In this document: positions 8,314-17,325 of the stretch, piece by piece
Layout of the letters: the number at the start of each line of letters is the position of its first letter
Position numbering within the stretch: the first letter of the stretch is position 1
Source of the DNA: Beggiatoa alba B18LD
GTDB lineage: Bacteria > Pseudomonadota > Gammaproteobacteria > Beggiatoales > Beggiatoaceae
DNA length: 64,000 nucleotides
Direction of reading: 5' to 3'
NCBI RefSeq assembly: GCF_000245015.1
Contig: NZ_JH600070.1
Coordinates: 3,823,062-3,887,061 of the forward strand
Notes under the pieces: generated by a model
Told to the model about the DNA's origin: nothing
Database searches by the model: none
Seen by the model: the letters and a program-made list of their open reading frames with translations, nothing else
Program-made: the position numbers and the translations under genes

Positions 8314-8717
8314 TAGGCAACTTTAGCGGGAATAGCGGGAGGAATAACCCCAGTAAATTTTTTATCGTCTTTGGGTACAACTTCATATTCTCGCTTAGGT
8401 TCTTCAGCTAAAGTGCGAAAATCAGAAGCGGAAAGTTGACGGATAAATTGCACAGACTCTAAAACGGAAACGGGAATAGCTTTTCCATTCTTGTCTTTTT
8501 TGGAGGAGTTGAAAAAGTCACAATTGGCTAAGAAGGGGACTTTATCAGCGTATTGAGAGACTAAGTTATATTCGCAATCACCCTCCATTGCTCCTTGAGC
8601 AAGTGCACGGTCAGAACCAACTTGAAAAAATTGTGCTTTAGACCATGTACGAACTTTGTCTTGTCCCGGTTCCTTGTCAAATTGCCCACCTTGAATTTTA
8701 AAAACGATTACTAACAT
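8313..8717 (-). CDS. Putative ssDNA-binding protein (gene V-like), called by position only
   Basis: 134-aa ORF directly downstream of the Rep gene and upstream of the coat genes. No motif is recognised. Confidence 0.3.
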   Translation of the reverse strand: MLVIVFKIQGGQFDKEPGQDKVRTWSKAQFFQVGSDRALAQGAMEGDCEYNLVSQYADKVPFLANCDFFNSSKKDKNGKAIPVSVLESVQFIRQLSASDFRTLAEEPKREYEVVPKDDKKFTGVIPPAIPAKVA

Positions 8718-8720
8718 GTC

Positions 8721-9857
8721 TTAACCCTCTAGTCTTGGTAAAAAGTAACCCGACGGAATAACCGCAGGTTTTATCGATAATTCATGACGACGTGCATAGT
8801 CCATTGATTGCGGGGTGTAGGGTGAAGCAACATCAACCCCGACAGTACGAAGAATTTCAGAGCGATGACGGTAAAAAGTGCGATTACTGGGCAATTTAGC
8901 CCCATGTGTCCAACGCAGATAAGTCAACCATGCAGGACGACTTAATTGATTAACAGAACTTAAGCTAGTGTCACGAATAACAACAGATGCAGATTCGGTA
9001 AAAACCTTATCTAATTCTTTAGGATACTCCATAATTGCACCCAAATAGCGAAGACCAGATTGCGTTAAATAGCGTTGTCTTAAACGTAGTTCATAACGTA
9101 ATACACCGTTATCCGTTAGATAGTTTAATAAATTCAAGTAATAAGGTTCTTTGCGTTTTAGTTCATTAACTTTGCGTTTAGCAAATTCAATTGCCTTGTT
9201 ATAAACCACGCCAGAACGGTATTTACTGGTTAAACCATAATTAACGGTTTCTATGGTGTCTGATGAGCCATTAATTTGAGTTCTCATTCTTGTAGGCTTT
9301 AACGAAGCCAGATAATGCAGATATTCTTCAGCAAGTTCAGGACTACCCAGCGCAAAATTTTGTGTTAAATCAATTCTTGATAAGGTTGCACCCGTCCACA
9401 CGCGCAATAAATGCAATTCCTTAGAACGTCGGTATCTCACTTGTCTAAAATAATCTTCACCCGCAGTAAACGGCGGTAATTCAAAGTCATTGACCAGCAA
9501 GTCATTTAATTTTTTAATGGTGTCAACGAAAGAATAATTAAAAACGTTATCGTGACGACCAAAGACCCCGACATTGCCAGAGACAGAAACCGTACAACCA
9601 TCAGAACGAATCATTAAGCGAGTATCATAACTACCTTCATGAACCTGATGTTTTTCAGTGTAATACTCAATATTGCCATCAGAATCTAAATAAACCACCA
9701 TACCCGAATTAATGACTTTTACAGAATTAAGCCCATGACGTTGGGAGATAGTGACCCAGTCGCAAAAGGGCTGAAACTGAATAGGCGTTAATTTAAGGGA
9801 TTCTTGTGTTTGCATCATCATGAATATACTTGTAACAAATGTGGATAACGGATTCAA
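8721..9857 (-). CDS. Rolling-circle replication initiation protein (pII / Rep_trans-like)
   Basis: 378 aa, first gene of the inovirus module. Its size and position match gene II, and its Tyr/Lys-rich segments resemble Rep_trans proteins. Confidence 0.5.
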   Translation of the reverse strand: MNPLSTFVTSIFMMMQTQESLKLTPIQFQPFCDWVTISQRHGLNSVKVINSGMVVYLDSDGNIEYYTEKHQVHEGSYDTRLMIRSDGCTVSVSGNVGVFGRHDNVFNYSFVDTIKKLNDLLVNDFELPPFTAGEDYFRQVRYRRSKELHLLRVWTGATLSRIDLTQNFALGSPELAEEYLHYLASLKPTRMRTQINGSSDTIETVNYGLTSKYRSGVVYNKAIEFAKRKVNELKRKEPYYLNLLNYLTDNGVLRYELRLRQRYLTQSGLRYLGAIMEYPKELDKVFTESASVVIRDTSLSSVNQLSRPAWLTYLRWTHGAKLPSNRTFYRHRSEILRTVGVDVASPYTPQSMDYARRHELSIKPAVIPSGYFLPRLEG

Positions 9858-9916
9858 TTAACTACTAAAAATTTGCCATTTTTGACGCTAACTTTACGTA
9901 TTACTAACACGTAAGA

Positions 9917-9990
9917 GGGGGGGGAGGGGGTACAAATGAAAGGGGGGCGGGGGTGATGACAAGCATCAAACCCCGCCCCCCTGTTTTTTA
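9917..9990 (+). promoter_or_regulatory. G-tract cluster (G7, G5, G6, G5) plus a 12-bp GC hairpin with a T-run. Candidate ori, regulatory element or bidirectional terminator.
   Basis: The sequence is gaGGGGGGGaGGGGGtacaaatgaaaGGGGGGcGGGGG. The hairpin ggggggcggggg / ccccgcccccc is followed by tgtttttt (9982-9989). Confidence 0.3.
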
Positions 9991-9996
9991 AAAAAT

Positions 9997-10356
9997 TTAT
10001 TGTCCAGCCCTTTGTCTTTGAATACGATGTAAAACTTCTTGAGAAGTTGTTACTTTGGGCTTATTGGTAGGCGCTTCTAAAACTTTTTGATTGCGAACAA
10101 CTTCACCTTTAACAGGTTTTTCTATTTGTTGCTGTTCACGCTCTCGATATTCACGTTCGATTTTTTTCCGCATGAAGATAGGCAACAGGTAAAAGAACGC
10201 GCCAAAAGGCATTAAGAACACAATGCAAAGTAGCCAAATATAACGTTGTCTAACAACAGCATGAATAGTGGCATAAATCGTTAAACCTACCAATAATAAA
10301 CTAGGCAAAATAAGGATATAAAAGAAAATAGAGTTAAAAAAAAGGTAGCCAGTCAT
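9997..10356 (-). CDS. Small membrane protein (two TM segments, basic/coiled C-tail)
   Basis: 119-aa ORF with hydrophobic N-terminal two thirds. It could be PLDc_N-like (weak). Confidence 0.4.
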   Translation of the reverse strand: MTGYLFFNSIFFYILILPSLLLVGLTIYATIHAVVRQRYIWLLCIVFLMPFGAFFYLLPIFMRKKIEREYREREQQQIEKPVKGEVVRNQKVLEAPTNKPKVTTSQEVLHRIQRQRAGQ

Positions 10357-10520
10357 TTAATTAACGCCTTAATAAACATAACTGATGGAATAGCAACATA
10401 AAAAATTAGGAAATAGATAAACATTACAAGCAGTAAGTAATAACTTCGCTTTGGATAATTAGGCTCTTCAGTCGGTTCATAACTTGGGTCATAAGAACGT
10501 TTTTTATCGGTAGTAGCCAT
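10353..10520 (-). CDS. Small membrane protein (55 aa), translationally coupled to the 9997-10356 gene
   Basis: ORF MATTDKKRSYDPSYEPTEEPNYPKRSYYLLLVMFIYFLIFYVAIPSVMFIKALIK with an ATGA overlap onto the downstream gene. Too short for the ORF track. Confidence 0.3.
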   Translation of the reverse strand: MATTDKKRSYDPSYEPTEEPNYPKRSYYLLLVMFIYFLIFYVAIPSVMFIKALIK

Positions 10521-10649
10521 TTTTTAACCTCATGTAATTATAAGACTATTCAATAGTTACATGAGTTTAATGATTTTTCAAGTTGCTTATATTATTATTC
10601 AGTATCTTTAAGTGCTGATTTATAGGTGTAATACATTGATTATAAAGGA

Positions 10650-10693
10650 TTCCCAAGCTGATAGCGTGGGTTCGATTCCCATCACCCGCTCCA
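10650..10693 (+). other. tRNA 3'-end fragment (T-arm, acceptor 3' strand, discriminator and CCA), an att-like remnant
   Basis: gtgggttcgattcccatcacccgctcca is a perfect T-arm plus cacccgc-t-CCA. No complementary 5' acceptor strand (gcgggtg) lies within 80 nt upstream. Confidence 0.5.
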
Positions 10694-10786
10694 TAGTGTT
10701 TTCAAGGGCTTATGCTCAAAAGAAAACGGCTACGCTACCTTTTTGTCTGCGTTTTTTGCAAATTTTTCGCTCAGTGTTTTAATCGG

Positions 10787-11089
10787 TTATTCCTCTTCTT
10801 TTTCCCTTAAAAAAATTTCATAGTGAGTCTGTAATCGTTCTAATGCTAACGCCGTATGTTTTAGGTTTAGGTGTGCATAGCGTTTAACCATGCTTAACGT
10901 TTTATGTCCCAATATGGACGCTATCGTTAAATGGTTTTCTCCGTTCATTGCTAAGTAACTCGCCGCTGTATGTCTGAGGTCATGGAAACGGAAGTTTTCT
11001 ATATTTGCCCGTCTTACGGCTGTTCTGAACGCGCTAGAGATTAATATCGGTGTATTGGTTCTAATACTTTGGAATAGGTAGGCTTTATC
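10787..11089 (-). pseudogene. Truncated tyrosine recombinase (phage integrase), C-terminal catalytic ~100 codons only
   Basis: It translates to ...NIENFRFHDLRHTAASYLAMNG...LGHKTLSMVKRYAHL, carrying the HxLRH box and the KRYAH catalytic-Tyr box. The frame is closed by TAA immediately upstream and there is no start codon. Confidence 0.7.
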
Positions 11090-11655
11090 TAATGCTTGGG
11101 TTTAACGTTGTAAGTCCTTAGTTAAGAACTTTGAACGGACTCTTGAGAATGCTAACGCTAAACTGAAACTGTGTTTTATCAGACTCGTGATTAAACAACT
11201 CGCTTCTTTTTAAACATTTCAAATCGGTTCTATAAAACGATTTAATAACACATTGAGACAGCAAGTCAGTCGCTTAGTTCGCAAAACCTTATCCTTCTCT
11301 AAGAAATTGCAAAATCACGTAGGGGCTATCATTTTTTTCATTAATCATTACAACTCATCCTTACCTGTTTAGCACTACCAAAATTTATAGTGTTTTGTGA
11401 AAAAAATATAGTTGTGCGAAAATATGATAAAAATTAGTTTTTTAAGATGAATAAACGTTAACTTAGGTTGTAAGCGTTAGTAAAGTATTATAAAAACTTG
11501 GTGTTATAGATTTTAAAAAATATAATTTCATTGTTTTATACTTAAACATTAGACTTAATTATTTTAAAATTTAAAGTTTTTAATAAACGCATATTTTTTG
11601 ATTTTAAAAATTTTATTTGCGAGTTGTGATAATAAACAGAGACTGGAGACAAGTT

Positions 11656-12807
11656 ATGTATAGTCAATTAAACATAGTTGACTTGTTTTGTGGTTGTGGT
11701 GGATTTGGCTTAGGGGCTGAGTTAGCGGGATTTCATACAATCGCAGCTGTAGATATAGATTCAACATTGCAATCTGCTTATAAGTATAACTTTCCAAATA
11801 CTTATGTAATTAATGGTGATTTATCAAAAATGAGTCATAATTCATGGAGTTTTCTTAATAATCAAAATATTGATGTGGTAATTGGTGGCCCTCCTTGTCA
11901 AGGTTTTAGTAGAATGGGAATAGGTGATTTAAATGACCCTAGAAGAACATTAATTAATGATTTTTTTAGACATATAAATATTCTTCTGCCAAAGTTTTTT
12001 GTTATGGAAAATGTGGAAGGTTTATTAGATAAAAAACATTTTGAGGTGTTGAATCAGGCTATTGAAAGTTTAAATAAAAGATATAGGGTTTTACCCCCTT
12101 TTATAGTAAACGCCTCAGATTTTGGAGTACCTACTAAAAGAAAGCGGGTTTTTGTCATTGGTTATGATAAAAATACAGTAGAACCTATTGAAATAAACCT
12201 TTTTTCTGTACAAAATAAGCAGGTGACAGTACAGGTAACAGTAAAAGACGCGATTTCTGATTTACCCAGTCCCCTAAAAGAAAATAGTCATAAAACAGAG
12301 TTTGGTTGGAAAGCTTATAAAACATCGCAAAATTTATCTGACTATGCACAGCAAATGAGAAAAATGCCAGCTAAACATTTAGGTAATATTGAAGCACGGC
12401 AAAAGTTAGAACAGAATTTAACATCTGGACATTTTAATACACATCATATGAAAGTTGTTCAAGATCGTTATGTTGCTTTACAGCAAGGTGGGATAGATCA
12501 GATAAGCAAGTCAAAACGCCTAGAATGGAGTGGCTTATGTCCAACTTTACGGGCTGGTACTGGTTCAGATAGAGGTAGTTATCAAGCTGTTCGTCCAATT
12601 CATCCAGATGAACCTAGAGTTATTACTGTTCGAGAAGCAGCTAGATTACAGGGATTTCCCGACTGGTTTTGTTTTCATCCAACGAAATGGCATAGTTTCA
12701 GAATGATTGGTAATAGCGTTTCACCATTAGTCAGCTTTCATATTATGAGACTCATCAAAGCAAAGTTGACACAGGACTATATTAAATCAATTGAGGAAAT
12801 ATTTTGA
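11656..12807 (+). CDS. DNA (cytosine-5)-methyltransferase, Dcm family
   Basis: Motif I FCGCGGFGLG, motif IV GGPPCQGFS, motif VI ENVEG, motif X GNSVSP. A GGAG RBS lies 7 nt upstream of the ATG at 11656 (the ORF-track start at 11617 is probably too early). Very AT-rich. Confidence 0.85.
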   Translation: MYSQLNIVDLFCGCGGFGLGAELAGFHTIAAVDIDSTLQSAYKYNFPNTYVINGDLSKMSHNSWSFLNNQNIDVVIGGPPCQGFSRMGIGDLNDPRRTLINDFFRHINILLPKFFVMENVEGLLDKKHFEVLNQAIESLNKRYRVLPPFIVNASDFGVPTKRKRVFVIGYDKNTVEPIEINLFSVQNKQVTVQVTVKDAISDLPSPLKENSHKTEFGWKAYKTSQNLSDYAQQMRKMPAKHLGNIEARQKLEQNLTSGHFNTHHMKVVQDRYVALQQGGIDQISKSKRLEWSGLCPTLRAGTGSDRGSYQAVRPIHPDEPRVITVREAARLQGFPDWFCFHPTKWHSFRMIGNSVSPLVSFHIMRLIKAKLTQDYIKSIEEIF

Positions 12808-14594
12808 GTACAGAATTATTAGATACTATTTCAGTTCCTACTGGCATTGATAAAGAATTTATTGAGCGAATTTTAACAACAGATGTTGAATTGACTGATG
12901 CACTATTTGAGTTAATTGATAACTCAATTGATTCTGCTAGGAATGATATTGTTTCTACTACTGATTATCATAAAGATGAGTATGGCTTACCTAATGACTA
13001 TCACGAATATCAAATAGATTTAAAATTATCTAATAATGAGATTTCTATACTGGATAACTGTCAAGGTTTTTTTAGTGAGGAAAATTTATTAAATGATGGT
13101 GCATTTATAACGGGAAAACCATCTCGCCATAAGTATGGTATTGGCTCTTATGGCTTAGGTTTAAAACGTGCTTTACTCAAAGCTGGTTCAAAGTTTGAGC
13201 TAATTACAGATAACGGTAAATATGAATACAGAGCAGCGGCAGATAGTGCCTTATCAAACGAACAAAATTTGCAGTTTAAACGATATCCTACTACAGGAGA
13301 AAGAAAAACTTTATTTGTTATAAAAGATTTGAAATCAGAAACTAAATATCAGATAAAGGATATCTCATGGTGTGATAACCTAATAGAGCAAATATCAATT
13401 AGATATGCCATTTTTATAAAAAAAGGTCTCCAAATTAACCTGAAGATATGTACTAACAATATTGATACAGAAATAACTATAAAGCCACTAGTACCTAATC
13501 TAAGATCACCATCTACTAAAGATAGCAAAATACCGTATCGCTCTGAATCTTTGCCTTTCAAGCAGTTTAAAGCTTATTTTGATGTTGGTGTTCATGAGAA
13601 TTATAGATTTGCGGGTGAGTCTGATCATAATACGAGCTTGAATAAGAAATTAACTAAGTTTTTTGGTATCTATTATATTTGTAATGACCGCGTTATTGTT
13701 GATCGTAGTACATCACCAATATATGGTTTTTCTACATCAGTATTTCATTCTGAATATAATGGTTTCGTGTGTATCGTGCGTATGATTGCAGAAAACCCAT
13801 CAGATTTACCTTGGAATACAGATAAGACTGATGTTAAGCGAAATAGCCCTGATTTTCTCAAGTTAAAAAAGAAAGTAGAAGAGTTATCTAAAAATTATCG
13901 TGCAGATGCTAAAAAGGTCATTAATATTTGGAAAAATCTAAAAAAAGAAGAAAATATAACTGAGGATGAAAAAAGTACTAATTTCCATAAAGAAATTGGT
14001 TTACCCCTTAGTACCTCTCTTGAGTTTCAAGAAAATACACTACAGGAAGGAAACCCGTCTGTAACGGAAACTCAAAAAAAACCAACTAAGAAAAAACGTA
14101 ATATTCAGAGAAAACACACAAAAGACGAAGCAACATTATTGCCTAATAAATTTCCATCATCACCTAGTATGATATTAAACAACTTAATTATTGAAGGAAG
14201 AAGTTTAAAAATAAAGGAATTACCTCACACCTCCTGTATGTTATATAGAGGTTTATTTGAAACTGCCCTAAAGTATTTTATAAATAAGTCTAAAAATAAC
14301 CAAAAAGTACTAGATGCTCATAACTCTTCCATGCAAGAAGAGAAAAGAAGAAAACAAGACGTTGACGGTGAAATGATAAGAAAATGGCTACCAAATAATA
14401 AAGAGGTTTTCCCGCTTACACATAGAGGTGCTTTATATACAAGTATGAATAAGCTAATCAATCACTATCAAAAACTTAATGGGATAGTGCATGGAAATCA
14501 AGTTGTAACCGAAGTAGAAATAATAACAATTAGAAATGATACTCTTGAGTTACTTGAGTTTTTTGTGAGTTTTGAATTAAGTAAAGATGATTAG
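12804..14594 (+). CDS. GHKL-superfamily (MutL/MORC-like) ATPase with an uncharacterised Lys-rich C-terminal half
   Basis: Bergerat-fold motifs: N-box ELIDNSIDS, G1 LDNCQGF, G2 GIGSYGLGLK. An S5-like segment (YYICNDRVIV) follows. TTG start overlapping the MTase stop (TTGA). Confidence 0.6.
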   Translation: MSTELLDTISVPTGIDKEFIERILTTDVELTDALFELIDNSIDSARNDIVSTTDYHKDEYGLPNDYHEYQIDLKLSNNEISILDNCQGFFSEENLLNDGAFITGKPSRHKYGIGSYGLGLKRALLKAGSKFELITDNGKYEYRAAADSALSNEQNLQFKRYPTTGERKTLFVIKDLKSETKYQIKDISWCDNLIEQISIRYAIFIKKGLQINLKICTNNIDTEITIKPLVPNLRSPSTKDSKIPYRSESLPFKQFKAYFDVGVHENYRFAGESDHNTSLNKKLTKFFGIYYICNDRVIVDRSTSPIYGFSTSVFHSEYNGFVCIVRMIAENPSDLPWNTDKTDVKRNSPDFLKLKKKVEELSKNYRADAKKVINIWKNLKKEENITEDEKSTNFHKEIGLPLSTSLEFQENTLQEGNPSVTETQKKPTKKKRNIQRKHTKDEATLLPNKFPSSPSMILNNLIIEGRSLKIKELPHTSCMLYRGLFETALKYFINKSKNNQKVLDAHNSSMQEEKRRKQDVDGEMIRKWLPNNKEVFPLTHRGALYTSMNKLINHYQKLNGIVHGNQVVTEVEIITIRNDTLELLEFFVSFELSKDD

Positions 14595-14755
14595 GTGTTT
14601 TTTGTTGAGACTTACTTACTAAGTAGTAATTCACTAATTTTATTATCTCAATATTGTTTAAATCAAATATCTTTTATTCTTTACATAATCTGAATTTGAC
14701 AAATTTAATTTAAAAAATCTCACTGAACTTAGATAGGTTAGACGACATTAAAGAA

Positions 14756-14789
14756 CCTTCCAGCCATTTCAATCTGGAAGGTTTTTTTA
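14756..14789 (+). terminator. Bidirectional rho-independent terminator between convergent genes
   Basis: ccttccag-N11-ctggaagg followed by ttttttt. Confidence 0.5.
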
Positions 14790-14805
14790 TGGTTAAGATT
14801 AGGAG

Positions 14806-15696
14806 TTAAAACCCCGCTTTCCCCAATAATCCCTTAATTTCAGGGTAGGCATAGACAGGGCCATTTTTGCACACGAATGTCCCGCCGATTTGGCAGTGTC
14901 CGCAGTGTCCGACAGCACATTGCATGTTGCGCTCCATGCTTAAGTAAATCGATTTTTCTAACATGCCTTTTTCTATCAAGTGCACGGTTGCGGATTGCAT
15001 CATGCCTTCAGGGCCGCACATCATGGCGATGGTGCGCTCGGAGCGGATTTCGACTTCTTCAATCACTTTAATTCTGGGGCTGACTTGCCAGTGCCAATTA
15101 ACTGACCCCGCTGTTGAGGCAACTAGAACTGTTGTATCAGGGAGGGTTTGCCATTGGCGGTAGTGGTCTTCCCAGATGAATTCGTCAACGTGTTTGACTT
15201 TTTGCACAATCGTCAGTTTGCCGAAGCGTTGGCGACGACGGAGCATGTAGTTAATCACGGAGACAACAGGGGCACAGCCTAACCCGCCTGAGATAATGAC
15301 AACGTCTTGCCCTTCTGCTTCTCGTAATGGCCAGCCTCGCCCAAAAGGGCCACGGATGCCGATGCGTTGCCCTGCTTTGAGTTGGGAAAAGCCTTTAGTG
15401 ACCCGTCCAACGCGGTTAATCGTATGTACGAGCAGGTCTTCATGTTCAGGGTCGGAGACGATGGAGATAGCAACCTCGCCCACGCCGTATAAGTAGAGCA
15501 TGTTGAATTGCCCAGGGTGGTAGGTGTAGTTTGCATGGGCTATCGGGTCGGTTAGGCGTAGGTGTAGGGTAAAAATCGTTTTTGATTCTTGGATAAATTT
15601 AACGATTTCCGCTTCTTGAGGAAAATATTGGTTGTCTAAGATGGTGTTGGCAAAGCTTTGTTGGGGCATGGTGGTTTCCTCCGTTTTTAGGCGCAA
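14806..15696 (-). CDS. [NiFe] hydrogenase gamma subunit (FAD/NAD(P)-binding oxidoreductase, HydG/AsrB-like)
   Basis: 296 aa with a ferredoxin-reductase-type fold and a C-terminal Cys cluster [17 protein letters not shown]. Last gene of the hydrogenase operon. Confidence 0.65.
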   Translation of the reverse strand: MRLKTEETTMPQQSFANTILDNQYFPQEAEIVKFIQESKTIFTLHLRLTDPIAHANYTYHPGQFNMLYLYGVGEVAISIVSDPEHEDLLVHTINRVGRVTKGFSQLKAGQRIGIRGPFGRGWPLREAEGQDVVIISGGLGCAPVVSVINYMLRRRQRFGKLTIVQKVKHVDEFIWEDHYRQWQTLPDTTVLVASTAGSVNWHWQVSPRIKVIEEVEIRSERTIAMMCGPEGMMQSATVHLIEKGMLEKSIYLSMERNMQCAVGHCGHCQIGGTFVCKNGPVYAYPEIKGLLGKAGF

Positions 15697-16805
15697 ATTG
15701 CGCTAACTTCTGCCGTGAAATCAATTCCAACGGGACACCATGTAATACAGCGTCCACAGCCAACACAGCCACTGCGTCCATATTGTTCGTGCCAACTGCC
15801 GAGTTTATGGGTCATCCATTGGCGGTAGCGGAAGGTCGTACTGTCGCGTAAAACGAAGCTGTGCATGTAGCTGTGTCCTGCGGTAAAACAGGAGTCCCAT
15901 TGTCGATAGTGTTCGCTGTGTGTGCCTGTGATGTCGGCTTGTTCGCCTTCACTGTGACAGAAGCAGGTAGGACAGACGGAGGTGCAGCTGGTACAGGATA
16001 AACAGCGTTTTGCGACTTCTTCCCAGTGGGGATGGTCTAAACGGCTGAAGAGGGTCGCTTGCAAATCGCGGGAAGGTAGTCGACGGGTTTGCATAGCTAT
16101 TGCGGTTTGGGTTTGTTGTTGGGCTTGTTGTTGTTGGGCTTCACTGACAGGCGTTTGTGGGAGTTCTGCAAGTAAAGCGCGTCCTTTTTCGCTTTTAAAG
16201 CGGAGAATAAAGCCGTCATCTAGTTCTGTTAGGGCGATGTCGTAGCCTGAGGTGACATTGACCCCATCGCCTGTGGAGTGACAGAAACAGGTATCAGCAC
16301 TGCGGGCGCAGTCAACACCAATGAGGAGCAGACTGCGTCGGCGTTTGCTGTAGTAGTTATCGGCATATTCTTTGTAACAGAAATGTTGGTCTTGCAGTTG
16401 TAAAGCGGCTAAATCGCAACCGCGTACCCCAATCACGGCAGTGGGTTTGGGGTTGGGTAAGGTTTCAACAAAGTTGAGTTTGCCTGTCGCGTCACGGCTG
16501 ACTGTCCAGAGGGTTTCGCGTGGGGCAAAAGTCAGCGGTTTGAGGGCTTGCGCTCCTGTTGCCCATGCAAAGTAACGGGGATTATCGTTGTGTTCTAGGC
16601 AGTAACGTCCTGCGCTTTGAATGTCTTGATAGCCACGTGGTAAAGCGTTGACTGCCTCAGTTGCATCAGCGGGAGCGGTATCAAAAACAATGGTATGGTC
16701 GCGTACTTGGGGGATAACGCATTGATAGCCCGCTTGTTGTAGGACTTTAAACAATAAATGCAGTTGGGTATGGGGTAAATAGATAAGTAAGTCTTGATTA
16801 CGCAT
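15687..16805 (-). CDS. [NiFe] hydrogenase beta subunit (Fe-S protein, HydB/AsrA-like)
   Basis: 372 aa with multiple Cys clusters: [16 protein letters not shown] and [12 protein letters not shown]. Confidence 0.65.
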   Translation of the reverse strand: MRNQDLLIYLPHTQLHLLFKVLQQAGYQCVIPQVRDHTIVFDTAPADATEAVNALPRGYQDIQSAGRYCLEHNDNPRYFAWATGAQALKPLTFAPRETLWTVSRDATGKLNFVETLPNPKPTAVIGVRGCDLAALQLQDQHFCYKEYADNYYSKRRRSLLLIGVDCARSADTCFCHSTGDGVNVTSGYDIALTELDDGFILRFKSEKGRALLAELPQTPVSEAQQQQAQQQTQTAIAMQTRRLPSRDLQATLFSRLDHPHWEEVAKRCLSCTSCTSVCPTCFCHSEGEQADITGTHSEHYRQWDSCFTAGHSYMHSFVLRDSTTFRYRQWMTHKLGSWHEQYGRSGCVGCGRCITWCPVGIDFTAEVSAICA

Positions 16806-17325
16806 GGGCGGAGTTCTCCTGAGAAGCTTGTATCTGATTCATGTCTATTGCTTGTAAATCAGTGTGTAGTGCTTCGATTAACAGTTCCATCGCTTGAGCA
16901 ACAGGGGGACTTAATGGGGCGTGTAGGGCGGTGGGCTGGCAGGTATTAATGTCGATGTCAATGCCGTAGAAACGTAGGTAGCGCGGTTGCCAACCAAGTT
17001 GTTTAGCAAGTTGCACAGTGTTTGCGACATCAAAGCCATGACTAGATAAATGGTTAGGTAGCTGACAAATGGCATCAACGCCTTGCCACTCTCTGCATGT
17101 ACCGATAGATAAGGCTTCGGAATGCAACGCATCAACGATAATAACGTGTTCCCTATCACGCAAAATTGGCAATAGTTCCCGACTGGGCGCGCTACATTGC
17201 ACATAATCGGCAAGGCTTGGCGCGATTTGTTCTAGGCGTTCAACCACAAACCAGCCCAGTTGGTCATCGCCAAACGGTGAACCAACCCCCACGACACAGA
17301 CCCTTGCTGTGTGTTCAGCTTGCAT
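16798..17325 (-). CDS. Hydrogenase maturation endopeptidase (HoxW/HycI family)
   Basis: 175 aa, VVGVGSPFGDDQLGW motif, directly downstream of the large subunit. Confidence 0.7.
   Translation of the reverse strand: MQAEHTARVCVVGVGSPFGDDQLGWFVVERLEQIAPSLADYVQCSAPSRELLPILRDREHVIIVDALHSEALSIGTCREWQGVDAICQLPNHLSSHGFDVANTVQLAKQLGWQPRYLRFYGIDIDINTCQPTALHAPLSPPVAQAMELLIEALHTDLQAIDMNQIQASQENSAHA

Larger units (their letters stand above)
3300..9990 (-). mobile_element. Filamentous-phage (Inoviridae-like) prophage: Rep, ssb, small coat, pVIII, pIII, pVI, pI/Zot. No pIV secretin.
   Basis: Gene order, sizes and the overlapping start/stops are characteristic of inoviruses. The outer boundaries are uncertain. 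Confidence 0.6.

Noticed and set aside
10618-10693. Full-length tRNA gene
   Set aside because: Only the T-arm, 3' acceptor strand and CCA are present. No complementary 5' acceptor strand or D-arm can be formed from the 76 nt upstream, so it is called a fragment.
11617-11655. ORF-track start of the MTase at 11617 (MRVVIINRDWRQV...)
   Set aside because: The conserved motif I begins right after M at 11656, which has a GGAG RBS 7 nt upstream. The extra 13 codons are probably not translated.
12804-14594. Calling the GHKL protein a histidine kinase or HSP90
   Set aside because: There is no HisKA/dimerisation domain or H-box upstream of the ATPase fold, no receiver partner, and the length and S5-like segment fit MutL/MORC-type proteins better.
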